From a virus (Duplodnaviria > Caudoviricetes): DNA of 59,332 nucleotides. The stretch is taken from the IMG/VR virus record IMGVR_UViG_3300036814_000177, positions 1-59,332 of that record. One strand, written 5' to 3'. Positions 44,601 to 54,400 of the stretch are shown piece after piece. The translations under genes were made by a program, and so were the position numbers. The notes beneath the pieces were generated by a model. That model searched no databases. It was not told the origin of the DNA and saw nothing but the letters and a program-made list of their open reading frames with translations. Within the stretch, counting starts at the first letter, position 1; every line of letters starts with the position of its first letter.

Positions 44601-46691
44601 ATGGCCCTAGGTTACAACACAGGTATACCGTTCGACGCCACATATGATCCTGATGCGGCGTACGATCATGATAGGCAGGGTGGTAATATAAACTTGCCCA
44701 ACCCTGCGGATTACGGTCCTGCTCCGCTAGCTCCGCCTACGGTTAATACTGTTGGCGTTAGTGGTGATATGTGGTGGGTCAACGGTAAGGAGTTTCATAC
44801 GGATGACCACCAATCTGCTGTCGAGTCTCAAGAGGCGCTGAAAGGCCCAGAGCGGGCAATGCCCGCTGGCTACCGTGTCGTGGGTCCGGATGAGTATAAG
44901 GGCTACCTCAAGCAGATCATGGACCCTACCCTTGGCCGTTTGGCCAAGAAGAATTTCGGTATCGGTGTCGATAACCTTCAGCTTCTGGGCGGCTACGGCC
45001 TGCAGTTGGCTGGCGCTGAGGAGACCGGGAAGGCAATCGTTGAGCAACAGGTTGAGGACTTACGGTTCAACCAGCCCTACCAACGCACGTTCACAGAGGA
45101 CGCAGCGTCTGATCCTATTGGCTGGTTCGTCGCTAACCTAGCACAGCAAGGGCCAAACCTCATCGAGTCTGCCCTCGCTGCTATCGCTGGCGCAGGTGTC
45201 GGTGCTATGGCTGGTGGTAACCCGTTCACCGCTATCGGCGGCATGATGATGACGCTCGGTTCCAAGGGTGCGGTTAAGAAGGCGCTGATTGAAACTGCTA
45301 GGAAGAAACTACGGGGTGAGCCGCTTGACCCCACGGAGATGAAAGCCCTGCGTGAGGCTGCATCCGGGGCGTATGCCTTTAACATGAAGGGCGCAGCCAA
45401 GGACATTGCTGGAGGTTTTGACAAGACTGCTGCCAAGGTGGGCGGTGCAGCCCTAGCCACAGGCGCAAGCAACTACGGTATAGGCGCAGCCGACATCTAC
45501 GGCGAGCAGCTTGATAGCGGTACACCCAACCGTGCAGCAGCCCTTGGGCTAGCTGTACCCTACGCCATTATGGAGTCCCTGCCTGAGTTGGTGGGCTTCG
45601 GCTACTTCGCTAAGGGAGCCAAGGTTCCTTGGAGGGGCAACAAGCTGCGCCGTGGTAAGCAGACCGCAGGCGCTATAGGTCTTGGTGCTGTAGGTGAGGG
45701 TCTTACTGAAGCGGGCCAAGAGAGCCTACTGCTTAGCCAGAACGATGAAGTCGATATCAACTCTAAGGAAGGCATCCACCGTCTGATTAACTCCTTCGCT
45801 GCGGGTGCAGGTGTCGGTGGTGCTGTGAGTGGTGGTGCGTCAGTCCTTCGCCGTGGCCCGAAAGAACGTGTGGCCCGTGACCTTGATGAAGAAGAGCATG
45901 ATCTACTTGGTATCGAGCAGGAAGAACGCTTAGGTATCACAGACCAGCGTGAGGCTGAGGATATGGGCAACCTTGGTAACACTATTGAACAGGAAGAACG
46001 CCTCGCTATTGAAGATCAGCGTGAGATGGGTGATCTCGGTAATGAGCTTGAGGGTCCGGGGCCAGTACCTTTGCTAGAAAGCCCAGACGATACCCGTGGA
46101 TACCAACTCCCCGTTGGTGTTGTACCTGATGTAGTGCAGGACGCTAACCAAGCTGCACAGATTACAAGTGACCCTGTTGTTACCCCCGAGGTAATAGATG
46201 TACCGCCTGTCGATAATACTCAGCGCGACCCCGGCCAAGTACCCATCGCACAGCCTGACCTTACAGCTACCCCCTTCGCACTGGACTCACTGGCGCTTGA
46301 CCCGAATACACCCCCGGCTGAGAACTTCGGCAACACTACCGTGCAAGACCAGCAGTTCGCTGAGGCTGACGCTGCGCTCGTTGACCAGCAGCAGGGTGAT
46401 ATACGCTTACAGGAACAACTTCCACTACCTCAGCCAGCGTGGGTTAAGCCGCAGCCCCTCCCCAGCGGTGGTAATAAGGGTCCACTGGTGTTGACGGAAG
46501 GTGCCGATGGTAAGCTCAAGCGCTCTACTAACGAGCCTATGATTATGGTGGGACACGATGTATTAGATGAGAATGGCAACTCAACTGGCCAAATAGTAGA
46601 CCGCCTCGCTCCTGTAGCTGAAGTGTACGAAGAGTCCCGTGTCGGGATCAGAGCGCTTAACCGGCTGGCTCACTGTCTGAAGGGTAAGTGA
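44601..46691 (+). CDS. Internal virion / ejection protein
   Basis: Ala/Gly-rich helical region (EGLTEAGQE) and an acidic repeat region. Confidence 0.7.
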   Translation: MALGYNTGIPFDATYDPDAAYDHDRQGGNINLPNPADYGPAPLAPPTVNTVGVSGDMWWVNGKEFHTDDHQSAVESQEALKGPERAMPAGYRVVGPDEYKGYLKQIMDPTLGRLAKKNFGIGVDNLQLLGGYGLQLAGAEETGKAIVEQQVEDLRFNQPYQRTFTEDAASDPIGWFVANLAQQGPNLIESALAAIAGAGVGAMAGGNPFTAIGGMMMTLGSKGAVKKALIETARKKLRGEPLDPTEMKALREAASGAYAFNMKGAAKDIAGGFDKTAAKVGGAALATGASNYGIGAADIYGEQLDSGTPNRAAALGLAVPYAIMESLPELVGFGYFAKGAKVPWRGNKLRRGKQTAGAIGLGAVGEGLTEAGQESLLLSQNDEVDINSKEGIHRLINSFAAGAGVGGAVSGGASVLRRGPKERVARDLDEEEHDLLGIEQEERLGITDQREAEDMGNLGNTIEQEERLAIEDQREMGDLGNELEGPGPVPLLESPDDTRGYQLPVGVVPDVVQDANQAAQITSDPVVTPEVIDVPPVDNTQRDPGQVPIAQPDLTATPFALDSLALDPNTPPAENFGNTTVQDQQFAEADAALVDQQQGDIRLQEQLPLPQPAWVKPQPLPSGGNKGPLVLTEGADGKLKRSTNEPMIMVGHDVLDENGNSTGQIVDRLAPVAEVYEESRVGIRALNRLAHCLKGK

Positions 46692-46996
46692 TGCGTACTG
46701 TAAGTATTGAAGAGCTTCGCCCTAAGCCGAAGCCACAACTCAAGCGTCCGGGTACTGCCAAGCCTAAGCCCCAAGAGGTTAAGGTCGAGGTTAAGCAGGC
46801 TGAGGGCGTGGCTCCTGTGGTTAACATAGACATGAATAAATTTTCGGAAGATAATACCGCAGCGTTGAAGCTGTTGGTGGATGCGATTAAGGCTCAGCCC
46901 GGTAGTCCTACTGCTGAGTCTCCCAAGGAGTGGGAGTTTACGGTTAAGCGGGACGGCAACAACCTGATCCACACAATCACAGCAAAGGCAAAATAA
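46688..46996 (+). CDS. Hypothetical protein
   Basis: GTGA overlap; Pro/Lys-rich; C-terminal WEFTVKRDGNNLI. Confidence 0.65.
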   Translation: MMRTVSIEELRPKPKPQLKRPGTAKPKPQEVKVEVKQAEGVAPVVNIDMNKFSEDNTAALKLLVDAIKAQPGSPTAESPKEWEFTVKRDGNNLIHTITAKAK

Positions 46997-47006
46997 GGAA
47001 CGTATC

Positions 47007-47453
47007 ATGGCCTATATCCAACACCTTGTTAACTCCCATGCGATCACTGCTAACCAGGCTGTCGCTACACGCGGTAAAGTTCATAAGCTTCCCGACAGCA
47101 CGAGGGGGCTCACTGCTGAGTGCGTCTTCGTTGATGGCGGGGCTGGTGGCACGATTGATGTGTATATCCAGACCAGCATGGACTTCAGCGGCAGCACGAC
47201 TGTCGGCAGTAAACCTCAAGTTTGGTTCGACGTCATGGCTTTCCACTTCACCACTGCGGCGGCACGTAAAATCCTTAAGGTGCGTGAAGAGACAGCCATC
47301 GTGGCTGATTACGTCGAAACAGTTGATGCACTAACTGACGATACGGCTATCTCAGGTATCATCGGCTCCCATGTTAGGGCCCGCATCGTATCGGCAGGTA
47401 CAGCGTACTCCTCTGGAACCTCCATCGACGTATACGTACGCGTAGAAGACTGA
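47007..47453 (+). CDS. Beta-sandwich virion accessory protein (putative)
   Basis: AAGGA RBS; DVYIQTSMD...WFDV...HVRARI pattern. Confidence 0.6.
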   Translation: MAYIQHLVNSHAITANQAVATRGKVHKLPDSTRGLTAECVFVDGGAGGTIDVYIQTSMDFSGSTTVGSKPQVWFDVMAFHFTTAAARKILKVREETAIVADYVETVDALTDDTAISGIIGSHVRARIVSAGTAYSSGTSIDVYVRVED

Positions 47454-47464
47454 AGTAACTAACC

Positions 47465-50400
47465 ATGGCGACAATTTCAACAACGACTTCTGGCAACTCT
47501 AACGCTACAGGAACTTGGGCCGGTGGAGCCATCCCTGTTGACGGCGACAAGGTCAACATCCTCAATGGTCATACAGTGACCATGACCGGAACCCATGTTT
47601 GGGGCGACGATACTAGCACAGGTATTAATGTGAAGTCTGGCGGCATTATCAAGGCCAGCCACTCGGCCTCGTCAGAACTTACATGCAAAGGTGAGATGGT
47701 TATTGAAGCTGGCGGCGAACTGGATTACGGCAAAGCCGGTGACGTTATCTCAGCAAGCTACACTCACAAGATTAGACTTAACTTTTCTGCGTCTATGGCT
47801 GATGGGAAGTGGGGGTTCAAGACACTCATAAATGGTTCCAAGTTCCACATGTGGGGGACTGTCAAGACTACTAATACTGACTTAACTACAAGGCTAGCAG
47901 CGTCTGGCACGTCTTTTGATGTTACTAATGCCACAGGCTGGGCTGTTGGTGATATTGTCCTTCTCGGCACTACCTCTCCCGGTAATACAAAAGCCGAAAA
48001 TGAAGAGCGTGTAATTAGTTCAGTATCTACCAACACAATTGGAATTTCTGTGGGCGCGACTAACGACCATGAAATAGGTTGTCGCATTTCTAACTTTACT
48101 AAGAATGTAGGGTTTGAAGCTCACACAGACGCTAACGAAAGCTACACTTGGTTTGACGAAAGTGCGGGGGGAACCGCTGGTGATAAGACTATCTCACATG
48201 CTCAGTTTAGGTACATGGGTGATGACGGTTCTAGTAATGAATATGGGGGGTTTAGAATAGACGGGAACGGTACAAACCACGTCGAATGGACAACGATGAC
48301 AGATGTCGCGATTTACAAAGGTCAGTATGCTGGAGTTGATCTTTATAGCTTCTCTGCCTCATTAACAACTCCGAAGACACTGTCTAACTTTGCTATTTAT
48401 ACAACAGTGAATATGGGAGTTTACTGTCGATCAATCTCTGGTGGGAACTTCAACAATTGGCATGTTTTCAACACACAAAATTATTGTCTGTATTCGGCTT
48501 GGGGCAATGGCATGGTCAACGCCAACTGGAATGACTGCTGGTTCATGGGTGGTTACGGGTTTCTATGTGGTGAAGGTTGGAACATTACTTTCACTCGCTG
48601 TAAGTTCGTTAGTTGTTATCGAGCAATACAAACATATAATCATAAAGCGCTGAAGTTCGTTGACTGTGATATGGGTTATATTCTTAATTCGTTTGATGGC
48701 TCCAGCCAATACATTATCTACATGTATCTCTACGGATGCACAGATGCTTTATTCACCAATTGTAATTTTAACTATACCAGCAGTTTATTACTCCACGGTA
48801 CTACCGGGGTGGCACAAAAACTAAACAAGTTTTACATTGAGCGTAAGAACGGTGATTGGAACTCCCAAGAAATTCACACTAGTGAAGGCTCGTTCTTTAA
48901 AAACTCTGGTGGTCAGACAGCCGCTTACTCTCTAAGGGCCGAGCCTGTAGCGGCGGCGGCTGAAACCTTAGATTACGAATGGTATATCCCTGCGCCTTCT
49001 GGTGTGGCCGTGACTGTTACTGGCTATATGCAGAAGAACTCTTCTTATGGCTCTGCTACCCGTCCCGCGATGACTTTCAGCGGCATGGGTATTACACCTG
49101 TTGTCGCGACCATGACTGACATTACTGATACTTGGTATGCGTTCTCGGTTTCCGCCACTCAGTCAACTGGCGCAAGTGGGGTGCTAACTGTAACTTGGTC
49201 CACTCAATCAGCCAATAGCTCCGCGACTGCGACACTTTCCGATGTGACCCACTCCATGCCAGCCAGCGACATCGACACTGGCGATATGCTCTGGTGGCAC
49301 GATGGTCGGCCTATCCAAGCCATCATGCGGAACAACCAAGGGCCGGTTACAAATGCCAACATAGTCCAGATTTCAGGAGATGCTACAGCCGCTGATAACT
49401 GCGAATTGATGTTTGATGGCACCGGTTATCAAGGCGGGACTGAGAAGTTGTGGGTAGATACCAGAGAAATTAGTGGTGATAGCGGAGCCGCTGATAACAT
49501 GGAAGCTGACTACGATGGGACTGGCTACGCTGGCGGCACGATAGATAAAGGTGCGAATGTTACTGAGTGGCTGGGTACGGCGGTGACGGCTGCAACGGCT
49601 GGTATGCCTGATATTAATGTGGAGAAGATAGGTAATTACGGCACACCTCCGGGGGTGCTTGCCGAGATGTTTGACGGTAAGATCGGGACAGCCGACAGCG
49701 GCACGACAACGACAATGGTCGATGCTGCCATAACGTGGGCGCAGGATGATGCGGCTATTGGGGGGATTATTAAATTTACCGGAGGAACCAACAACGATTT
49801 AACTCGATTGATCACCGACTACGATCAGGGAACCGATACCGTTACATTCACCCCCGCCCTGCCAAATGCTGTGACTACGGAAACCTATGTTGTTTGTCAC
49901 GGCATGGGGCTTGCCAACGTTGAGGCTTGGAAGGGTACGGCTGTAGAAGCGGCAACGGCTGGTATTCCAGATGTTAATGCTGGGAAGGTTAGTAATAGCA
50001 GCACCGCCGCCGCTAATCTCAAGGCCATGTATGACGGCACAGGCTACGCTGGCGGGACGGAGAAATTGCAAGTTGATGCCGTCGAAATAAACAGTAGCGA
50101 TAAACCAGCCAAGGCACTTCAACAATGGTTGGATGAAGCATCTGTCGGTGGTACTGCCAGTAGCGGGTCAACAACAACGCTGCGAGACACGGGTGTTCTG
50201 ACACAAGCCGATGACTGTTGGAATGGCTCACTCCTACAGATTAGAGCCGGAAATAACGCCGGGTTTTCTGCTGTTGTCACCGACTTTGATGCGGGCACAG
50301 ACACGGTCACATTTGCACCTGCTATGCCTAGCTCGATAGATGGCACCTCCACTTATGTCCTCATCCCCGGCCTAGGCCTAGCCAACGTTGAGGCTTGGAA

Positions 50401-51244
50401 GGGTACGGCGGTCCCTGCACCTGATACAGCCGGTATTCCGAAAGTAAATATGCAAGAGATGAACGGCCAAGAAGGGGATGTAAATGTTCTACAAACTTGG
50501 CTTAATGCTGGTGTAGCGTCAACAGCCGATAGTGGAACTACTACAACGGCAGTAGATAGTGCATTAAGCGGCTTTGCAGATGGAGCGTTTGTTGGCGGGA
50601 TAATATCTTTTAACAGCGGCACTAATGATCGTAGATCAGCTATCATCACAACCTTTGACCAAGGCACAACTACTCTTACATTCCTCCCCGCTTTAGCAGA
50701 TGCAGTCACTACAGAGAAGTTCTCCATAGTAGCTGGTATGGGCCACGCCAACGTCGAGGCTTGGAAGGGTACGGCTGTATCTGACGCTGGCGGCGCTGGC
50801 TACCCAGATGTAAATGTTGCTCGTATTGGAACCAGCATTAACCCTGCAACAGTATTAAGCACTTGGCTCAATGAAGGGCTTTCGGGAGTATCAGATAGCG
50901 GAACTACTACCACTCTTGTCGATAGCGCAGTAACAGATGCAGATGATCGTTGGAACGGGGGGTTACTAGTAATATGCAATGGCACTAATAATGGGTATTC
51001 AGCCCTTATTACTGATTGGGATAACGGTACTAATACATTTACATTCACCCCTGCACTCCCCAACGCCATGACAACAGAAGGTTATGTAGTTGTACCGGGG
51101 ATAGGTCACGCCAACGTTGAGGCTTGGAGAGGCAACCAGCCTAACCTAACCTCCGGTGGCGACCTTCCGGCCAACGTTAATAAAGTCAACGCTGTTGATG
51201 TAGGCGGCTCCGGTACGCACGGTGATGAATGGGGGCCTGAGTAA
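47465..51244 (+). CDS. Large spike-like protein: G8-like N-terminus, beta-helix region and tandem repeats
   Basis: TWAGGAIPVDGDKVNILNGHTVT, Asn/Cys/aromatic beta-helix-like periodicity, and four repeats ending in ANVEAW. Confidence 0.7.
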   Translation: MATISTTTSGNSNATGTWAGGAIPVDGDKVNILNGHTVTMTGTHVWGDDTSTGINVKSGGIIKASHSASSELTCKGEMVIEAGGELDYGKAGDVISASYTHKIRLNFSASMADGKWGFKTLINGSKFHMWGTVKTTNTDLTTRLAASGTSFDVTNATGWAVGDIVLLGTTSPGNTKAENEERVISSVSTNTIGISVGATNDHEIGCRISNFTKNVGFEAHTDANESYTWFDESAGGTAGDKTISHAQFRYMGDDGSSNEYGGFRIDGNGTNHVEWTTMTDVAIYKGQYAGVDLYSFSASLTTPKTLSNFAIYTTVNMGVYCRSISGGNFNNWHVFNTQNYCLYSAWGNGMVNANWNDCWFMGGYGFLCGEGWNITFTRCKFVSCYRAIQTYNHKALKFVDCDMGYILNSFDGSSQYIIYMYLYGCTDALFTNCNFNYTSSLLLHGTTGVAQKLNKFYIERKNGDWNSQEIHTSEGSFFKNSGGQTAAYSLRAEPVAAAAETLDYEWYIPAPSGVAVTVTGYMQKNSSYGSATRPAMTFSGMGITPVVATMTDITDTWYAFSVSATQSTGASGVLTVTWSTQSANSSATATLSDVTHSMPASDIDTGDMLWWHDGRPIQAIMRNNQGPVTNANIVQISGDATAADNCELMFDGTGYQGGTEKLWVDTREISGDSGAADNMEADYDGTGYAGGTIDKGANVTEWLGTAVTAATAGMPDINVEKIGNYGTPPGVLAEMFDGKIGTADSGTTTTMVDAAITWAQDDAAIGGIIKFTGGTNNDLTRLITDYDQGTDTVTFTPALPNAVTTETYVVCHGMGLANVEAWKGTAVEAATAGIPDVNAGKVSNSSTAAANLKAMYDGTGYAGGTEKLQVDAVEINSSDKPAKALQQWLDEASVGGTASSGSTTTLRDTGVLTQADDCWNGSLLQIRAGNNAGFSAVVTDFDAGTDTVTFAPAMPSSIDGTSTYVLIPGLGLANVEAWKGTAVPAPDTAGIPKVNMQEMNGQEGDVNVLQTWLNAGVASTADSGTTTTAVDSALSGFADGAFVGGIISFNSGTNDRRSAIITTFDQGTTTLTFLPALADAVTTEKFSIVAGMGHANVEAWKGTAVSDAGGAGYPDVNVARIGTSINPATVLSTWLNEGLSGVSDSGTTTTLVDSAVTDADDRWNGGLLVICNGTNNGYSALITDWDNGTNTFTFTPALPNAMTTEGYVVVPGIGHANVEAWRGNQPNLTSGGDLPANVNKVNAVDVGGSGTHGDEWGPE
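49540..51140 (+). repeat. Four tandem ~120-155-aa protein repeats
   Basis: gccaacgtYgaggcttgga at 49913, 50381, 50747 and 51110. Each unit has SGxTTT..D...G.N...ITD.D.GT.T.TF.PA. Confidence 0.85.
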
Positions 51245-51456
51245 TGCTGCTTAACGCGTGGGGCGACTCTTGGGCCGCACTGTGGGGTAGGGCATGGGAG
51301 TTCTTAGAAGGTACTCCCGGCGTAGACCAGCCTCGGTCCGGTGGCTTCCTCCGGGGGCAAGCGAAACGTGGTAGACTACTCAAGGAAGATGAAGATATAC
51401 TGGCGTTCGTGACCACTGTTGTCACACAAGGAGTTTTAGATGGCCAAAGCATGTAG
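51244..51456 (+). CDS. Small Trp-rich hypothetical protein
   Basis: TAATG coupling; AWGDSWAALWGRAW. Confidence 0.6.
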   Translation: MLLNAWGDSWAALWGRAWEFLEGTPGVDQPRSGGFLRGQAKRGRLLKEDEDILAFVTTVVTQGVLDGQSM

Positions 51457-54400
51457 CATAGCAGGCGTACCAGATGATGTTGTCGCCGTCTATCGCACCA
51501 AGGACACCGCCCGTAAGAAGCTGAGCTACGTCAAGAAGCAGCTTGACGGTAACACCCCGAACACAGCGCAGTGGAAGCACGACCAGCTTGTTGCACAGAT
51601 CAATGAGCAGTTCCCCGGCTATGTGGATATGGAGGATGAGCGCCAAGGTGACCTGTTTGTTAGCGAGGAAGAGGCTGATGCAGCCGCCGCTGGTAAGGAG
51701 CAGGCCAAGGCGAAGGCGAAGGCTGCGGCGCAGGCCCAGAAGTTAGTGAGGGAGCCTGTCACTGTAGCCTCTAGTAAACACAACCGGGAAACTAACGAGC
51801 ATACAGTCACGTTCTCTGATGGGAAGACCACGAATATATACCGCGACACTGAGCAGTTCGGCACAGCCTATTGGTACGAGGTTACTCCCAAGGGAGAAGA
51901 TAGGTGGCTGGGTTTCACAAAGGCTGAGGCTATTGACCGCTTACTGGAGGTAACGAATGAAGAACAAACCGAAAGCAAAGCCCGGAGTAAGGAGCCAAGC
52001 CCAGCAAAAGTTCTTAAAAAAGGAGAAACCAAAAGTCCTAGCGCAGCTTCAAAAGGAAAGGCCAAGCTCACAGCCGCAGTTGCCGAAAAGAGTGAGAGGC
52101 AGCAAGACACAAACCCAAAAGCCGAAAGCCCAAAGGTCGAAAGTAAGCCCGCTAGAAAATCGGAGTCGCAACAGACTAAGCGGGAAAAACAACAGCAAGC
52201 TCGTCTAGTTAAAGAGACGGCGAGGCGTCATGCTGAGGACGCAGCGCAGGTTGTACAGGCTGCGAAGGAAAATCTCCCACTGCCCGAGCGGGTAGCTGAT
52301 GCTATCCGAGACTTGGAAGGCCCGAGCAACACGCAGGTCTGGAAGGATGCTGCGTCCACGATCTTTGAGATCGCACTAATCAACCCCAAGGAAGGCTTGA
52401 AGAACAAAGGCAAACCTAACGAGTCGAACCAGAAGGACGCCGAAGCCTACGACACCGCGCTTGAAATGGTGCAGGGTATTGGACCGCACAGTGAGTTGTT
52501 GTGGAGTGACAACAACACGATGCCGAGCAAGAAGATACTGCTTGGGTGGGTAGAAGATACTATCCTGACTAAGACTTCTAGAAAAGTATCTGACCCTAAT
52601 TTCCTAAGCCACATCCGCTTATGGCAGGCTACCATTGAGCAGGGTATGTTCCAAGCTGCGCTGCGTAGTGTTACACACCCACAGCAGAATGTGACACCTG
52701 TGTTCCCAAGGCTGACGGACTCCGTGTCGTATCTCCGAGAGCATATGCCCAACTCCTATGACTGGACGAAGCACGGCGGGGAGAACGTGCAGGCTGAGAT
52801 CACCCCTGAGACTAAGCCCAAGACTGCTGAGGAAATTGACAACCGTAAGGAGGAATACACCAGCCTTGGCAACGAAGGTGTCGAGGAAATGGAGAGCAAC
52901 TTCTACGAGGAGGACTTATTCGACGCAGGTGTATCCGAGGCTGATGTCTCCAGTGCCAACAATGATCGCTTCTTCGATGATGACGGCCACGCGAAAATCT
53001 TTGACCACCAGACAGGTAAGCCCATCACGAAGCCCATCTCTATGGGTGCCGCCAAGCTGCTGGTCAAGCGGTTCATGGCGAGGCTGTACGATAAGAGTAT
53101 CAAGGCCCGTGTGTATAAGAACGTTGCGGAGTTCAAGCGTAAAGCTCCGGAGCTATATGCTCAAGCTACTGCATCACGTTCTGATAAGAAGCCCATCCCT
53201 AACAACGCAGCAGGTTATGCGTTCAAGAAAGATGGTAAGGCGCACGTACTGATCTTCGCTGACAACATCGCTACCAAGGATCAACTCAACTTCACCATTG
53301 CTCACGAAGTAATCGGTCACTTCGGCCTTGGCTCCATCATGCCAACTGAGAAGTTCAATAAGCTACTCGATGATGTGTACGCCAACGATGGCAACATACG
53401 CAAAGAAGCTGACCTGATGATGGAGATGCGTGGCCTTGGCAAGCGTGAGGCTACTGAGGAAGCACTGGCTGACGCCGCAGCGCACATGGACAACTCCCTC
53501 GTCGCCCGCATAGCTGATGCTATCAAGCGGTTCTTCCATGCGCTGGGGGTTAAGTTCGACGATGACATGACCCGCTACTTCCTGCGCCACTCCCGTATCT
53601 ACCAGCGCACGGGCAGGACACCGGACTCTTCACCCTACGCGGTGATGCGTGAGTTCAAGCAGATGGACAACCTAGCAGGCCGCGCCCGCGCTACACAGTT
53701 CGACCACAACAACGAGCCTATCCGCAATACGGAGGGTAGCAGCTACCAGAATATGCCGGGCAGGGTTAAGCGGTTCTTGCGGGACATAAGTGGCAAAGAT
53801 AAGGCAGCGCTAGGCAAGACTGCGGCCAGCAGGTTGAAGAACGCAGGTAAGACTATGGGCAAACTACTGGAGAACATCCAGAGTTTTGATAACCTTGCGC
53901 TACGTAGCCGCCCACTGCGTGAACTGTTTAAGATTATGACCATGCAGAAGCAGAGGCTTGAGTCTCTCAAGAGTGACCTCAGTGACATCATGGCGTGGTC
54001 GAACAAGAGCCGTTACCTAGAGGATAAGATGCGGGCTGTGGGTATTGGCCGTGACATCAAGGAAGAGAACCGCGCACCCACTGACGAGGAACGTAGGCAA
54101 GCTGCCATCGCTTCTGTCTGGCGCAACCGTATGAAGGCTGATGCTGTTACGGAGGCGAAGCTATCAGGTGCCGCTGACCTTGGTGTTATGGTCAACGGTG
54201 AGATGAAGATCGACTATGAGGGCGGGTTCAAGTCCAACCGGAAGGCTGCGGAAATGTCCCGCGAGGAACTCAACAAGGGGTTCAGGGTCCAACGCATCGA
54301 CAACAACGGCAACCCCGCCTATGAGCAGAAGGACGGCAAGGATGTTTACTACGATGACAGTGGTAAGGTCACTACTGAGACGAAGAAAGACGCTAAGGGT

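Noticed and set aside
41689-51140. Repeat pairs as DGR template/variable repeats
   Set aside because: There is no reverse transcriptase in the genome, all copies are in-frame coding, and no adenine-specific mismatch pattern is evident.
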